64,000 nucleotides of DNA from Thainema sp. (GTDB taxonomy: Bacteria; Cyanobacteriota; Cyanobacteriia; Phormidesmidales; Phormidesmidaceae). The stretch is from NCBI GenBank assembly GCA_052168235.1, contig JBQLZK010000001.1:96001-160000 (forward strand), read 5' to 3'. A model generated the notes under the pieces. The model made no database searches and was not told the origin of the DNA. It saw nothing but the letters and a program-made list of their open reading frames with translations. Of the stretch, positions 61,617-64,000 are shown in pieces. The translations under genes and the position numbers were made by a program. Every line of letters begins with the position of its first letter. Position 1 is the first letter of the stretch.

Positions 61617-62678
61617 TTACCGCACCTCAATCCCGCGTTCTGCTGCAATAGCAATTTGGCGTTCAGTAAAAACGACACTAGTTGGCTTGCCTTTTTCAAT
61701 CCTTTGAATCGTGATCCCTTCCTCACTGGGGTTTTCCGCATTCGCAATAGTCGCTAAACTTGTCCAACAATCGTTACTATGAGTTGTTGCGAAAACTTGA
61801 ACGTTGAGACGCTTTGCTGTTTTCCAGATCAGCTTCCACATGTCGGCCATTGCAGTGAAGTGTAACCCAGCGTCAATTTCATCAACTAGTAAAATTCCAT
61901 CTTTTGCATTGACGATTGCCAACGCAAGCCCTAAAATACGCCAAACACCATCACCCATACTGCCTAAAGGTATACGTTCATCGCTATCACTTAATCGTAA
62001 GACCAATCCACCTGATGCCTTTTTAGATATATATTGACTAGAACCAACTGATGCGATTCGCTCAATATGTGGCTCAATGATTTTCATGGCTTGAATGACT
62101 AAATCTTCTTCTGGTGTCAAGACAACTTGATCAAATAAATCCATCATTTCTTGAGTTGTAAGAAATGAAGTCTTCATGTATTGTGTTCTTTGTGTCAGGT
62201 CTTCTCTTCTTGCAGTGAAAGGAAATAATTCAGTGGATAGACCTCCAAAGCTAGACAAAGGAGAACCCATAGCCTCATTTGTTTTTCCAGATTTACTTAT
62301 ATTTACTTCTAATTCACTATCATTAAATCTATTTGAGCGTGTATTCTTTTCGATAGAGAAAGTAAGTTTTTGTTCTTCGTCATGGTTGAACCCAAATACT
62401 GAGAACTTGCTCCCTGCCTTAATCCTATGCTCACAGAAAAGATGGCGTATATCAATTTCTTGGCTTCTATCTTCAGGCATCCAGATATATTCACCACGAT
62501 TTAATGCTGTCTCCTTTAATGCTTCAAAAATATCTTGTGACGACAGCAGATATATAGCTTCTAGAATCGATGTTTTACCGCTGTTGTTCATACCAACAAG
62601 CAAATTGACTCTGCCAAGCTGCTGAAGCTCGAAAGTTTTGAAACAACGAAAATTTTCGATTCTTACTGATTTCAGCAT
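61617..62678 (-). CDS. ABC/AAA_21-type ATPase (no membrane partner)
   Basis: IENFRCF, GMNNSGKT, SMGDG, LLVDEIDAGLH, TTHS. Confidence 0.9.
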   Translation of the reverse strand: MLKSVRIENFRCFKTFELQQLGRVNLLVGMNNSGKTSILEAIYLLSSQDIFEALKETALNRGEYIWMPEDRSQEIDIRHLFCEHRIKAGSKFSVFGFNHDEEQKLTFSIEKNTRSNRFNDSELEVNISKSGKTNEAMGSPLSSFGGLSTELFPFTARREDLTQRTQYMKTSFLTTQEMMDLFDQVVLTPEEDLVIQAMKIIEPHIERIASVGSSQYISKKASGGLVLRLSDSDERIPLGSMGDGVWRILGLALAIVNAKDGILLVDEIDAGLHFTAMADMWKLIWKTAKRLNVQVFATTHSNDCWTSLATIANAENPSEEGITIQRIEKGKPTSVVFTERQIAIAAERGIEVR

Positions 62679-62804
62679 AATTAACTAAAGCCGTGTCAAA
62701 TACAGCGTGTCTTATCAGAATAAGTGATATTTTGAGATGGATGGTGAAATCAGGAACTATTCTAAGATTGGCTGGCATAGCACATTTGTGGTTGTTGCTG
62801 ATGA

Positions 62805-63653
62805 CTACGCTATTGTGCGCGGATCAAGGGCATCGCGCAAGCCATCGCCGAGTAGATTAAAGGCCAGCACGATCAGGGTAATGGCTAAACCGGGAAACAG
62901 AATTGTCCAAGGCGACGATAGCGAATAGCCACCTTTAAACGCATCCGATAGCATTGTGCCCAGTTCTGGTGTTGGCGGTTGTGCGCCCAGCCCCAGAAAG
63001 CCCAAACCCGCAGCCTCTAGCGTGGCCGTCCCGATGGCCAGCGTCGCCTGCACCACCAGTGGCGAGAGGCTTGACGGCAAAATATGCACAAAGATAATTC
63101 GGCCCGGCGATGCGCCAAAGGATTTGACCGACTGGACAAAATTTTGCTCCCGCAGCGACAGCACCATACTGCGAGTGAGACGGATAAACTTGGGCAGTTG
63201 AATTGCGCTCACTGCCACCATGACGCTGCCTAAGCTCGGCCCCGTGACGGTGACAATTGCGATCGCAAGTAGAATCGACGGAAAGGCCAGCATGACATCG
63301 GTGATCCAGCCCACTAGGGTATCCCACCAGCCGCGAAAGTAACCCGCTAAAAGCCCCAGCAGGACACCAATCAGCAGCCCGATCAGCACTGAAATGACGC
63401 CAATAATCAATGAGGTTTGCAGACCATACCACACCTGCGTCAGCACATCGCGACCGAGTCCGTCTGTACCAAACCAGTGTTGCCAACTCGGCGATTGCAA
63501 ACGAGATGCGTAATCTCTTGCTGTAGACGGATCATAGGGGCGGAGCAGCGGAGCCAATAGCGCAAGTCCAATCAGCCAAATTGTAAGAACCAGGCCAATT
63601 CGACCTGAGGTTGACTGAAAGAAGCGCTGTTGCGATCGCGATTCAAACAACAT
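62805..63653 (-). CDS. Peptide/nickel ABC transporter permease (DppC/OppC family)
   Basis: HWFGTDGLGRD, EAAGLGFLGLGAQPPTPELG, FNLLGDGLRDALDPR. Confidence 0.92.
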   Translation of the reverse strand: MLFESRSQQRFFQSTSGRIGLVLTIWLIGLALLAPLLRPYDPSTARDYASRLQSPSWQHWFGTDGLGRDVLTQVWYGLQTSLIIGVISVLIGLLIGVLLGLLAGYFRGWWDTLVGWITDVMLAFPSILLAIAIVTVTGPSLGSVMVAVSAIQLPKFIRLTRSMVLSLREQNFVQSVKSFGASPGRIIFVHILPSSLSPLVVQATLAIGTATLEAAGLGFLGLGAQPPTPELGTMLSDAFKGGYSLSSPWTILFPGLAITLIVLAFNLLGDGLRDALDPRTIA

Positions 63654-63666
63654 ATAAAACCCAAAT

Positions 63667-63709
63667 GATATGTTGAGAGGGCTGGCTAAGCCAGCCCTCT
63701 CAACATATC
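63667..63709. repeat. Perfect 20-bp-arm palindrome downstream of smpB
   Basis: gatatgttgagagggctggc-taa-gccagccctctcaacatatc. Confidence 0.85.
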
Positions 63710-63719
63710 CCGGATTGAT

Positions 63720-64000
63720 CTAATAATTCTTCATTGCCCGCTCGATTTCCCGATTGGCCTGCTTGCGCTTCAGAGATTCTCGCTTATCGTGCAGCTTCTT
63801 GCCTTTGGCCAGTCCCAGCAGCACCTTGATCCAGCCGCGCTTGAGATACATTTTCAGCGGCACGACCGTTAAACCCTTTTGCTCGGTTTTGCCGATTAGC
63901 TTGTTGATTTCATCACGATGCATCAGCAGCTTGCGATTGCGGCGCGGCTCGTGGTTAAATGCCTCGCTGGCACTCTTGTGGGGTGAAATATGCACATTGC
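63720..64000 (-). CDS. smpB: SsrA-binding protein (5' part outside the window)
   Basis: NHEPRRNRKLLMHRDEI, LTVVPLKMY, KGKKLHDKR. Confidence 0.96.
   Translation of the reverse strand, partial: NVHISPHKSASEAFNHEPRRNRKLLMHRDEINKLIGKTEQKGLTVVPLKMYLKRGWIKVLLGLAKGKKLHDKRESLKRKQANREIERAMKNY

Larger units (their letters stand above)
1..64000. repeat. HIP1 octamer GCGATCGC dispersed throughout, frequently as TGCGATCGCA
   Basis: Many copies seen in coding and non-coding DNA (e.g. near 2213, 5963, 9843, 13821, 15613); hallmark of cyanobacteria. Confidence 0.95.

Overview
Chromosomal window from a HIP1-rich (GCGATCGC, very often extended to TGCGATCGCA) cyanobacterium. Most of it is housekeeping and metabolic genes: proS, ftsY, an aspartate aminotransferase, sigF, prfB with its +1 frameshift, pyruvate kinase, uvrB, bioF, smpB, a TamB-like protein and a NurA nuclease. 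It also holds a ZiaR/ZiaA-type metal-efflux locus and a roughly 15 kb phosphorus-scavenging cluster: two large RTX-tailed multi-domain phosphatases, PhoX and PstS. The least explained structure is intergenic. Six 90-111 bp miniature elements each have a different degenerate terminal inverted repeat but the same design: a long perfect palindrome closed by a 3-nt loop, mostly GC-NNN-GC. Several TIR-less palindromes share that core. Other points of interest: a probable manA-type structured RNA plus terminator upstream of a thioredoxin-fold gene, a 26-nt mini-element inserted into a REP (filled and empty copies both visible), a REP translated inside a lipoate ligase, an AT-rich insertion of about 90 aa in the ProRS editing domain, GDPD domains nested inside a beta-propeller, a duplicated small ORF with a 38-nt identical core, and an ABC-ATPase + TOPRIM-like gene pair resembling PARIS-type defence modules. 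All family assignments come from motif recognition by eye; no searches were run.
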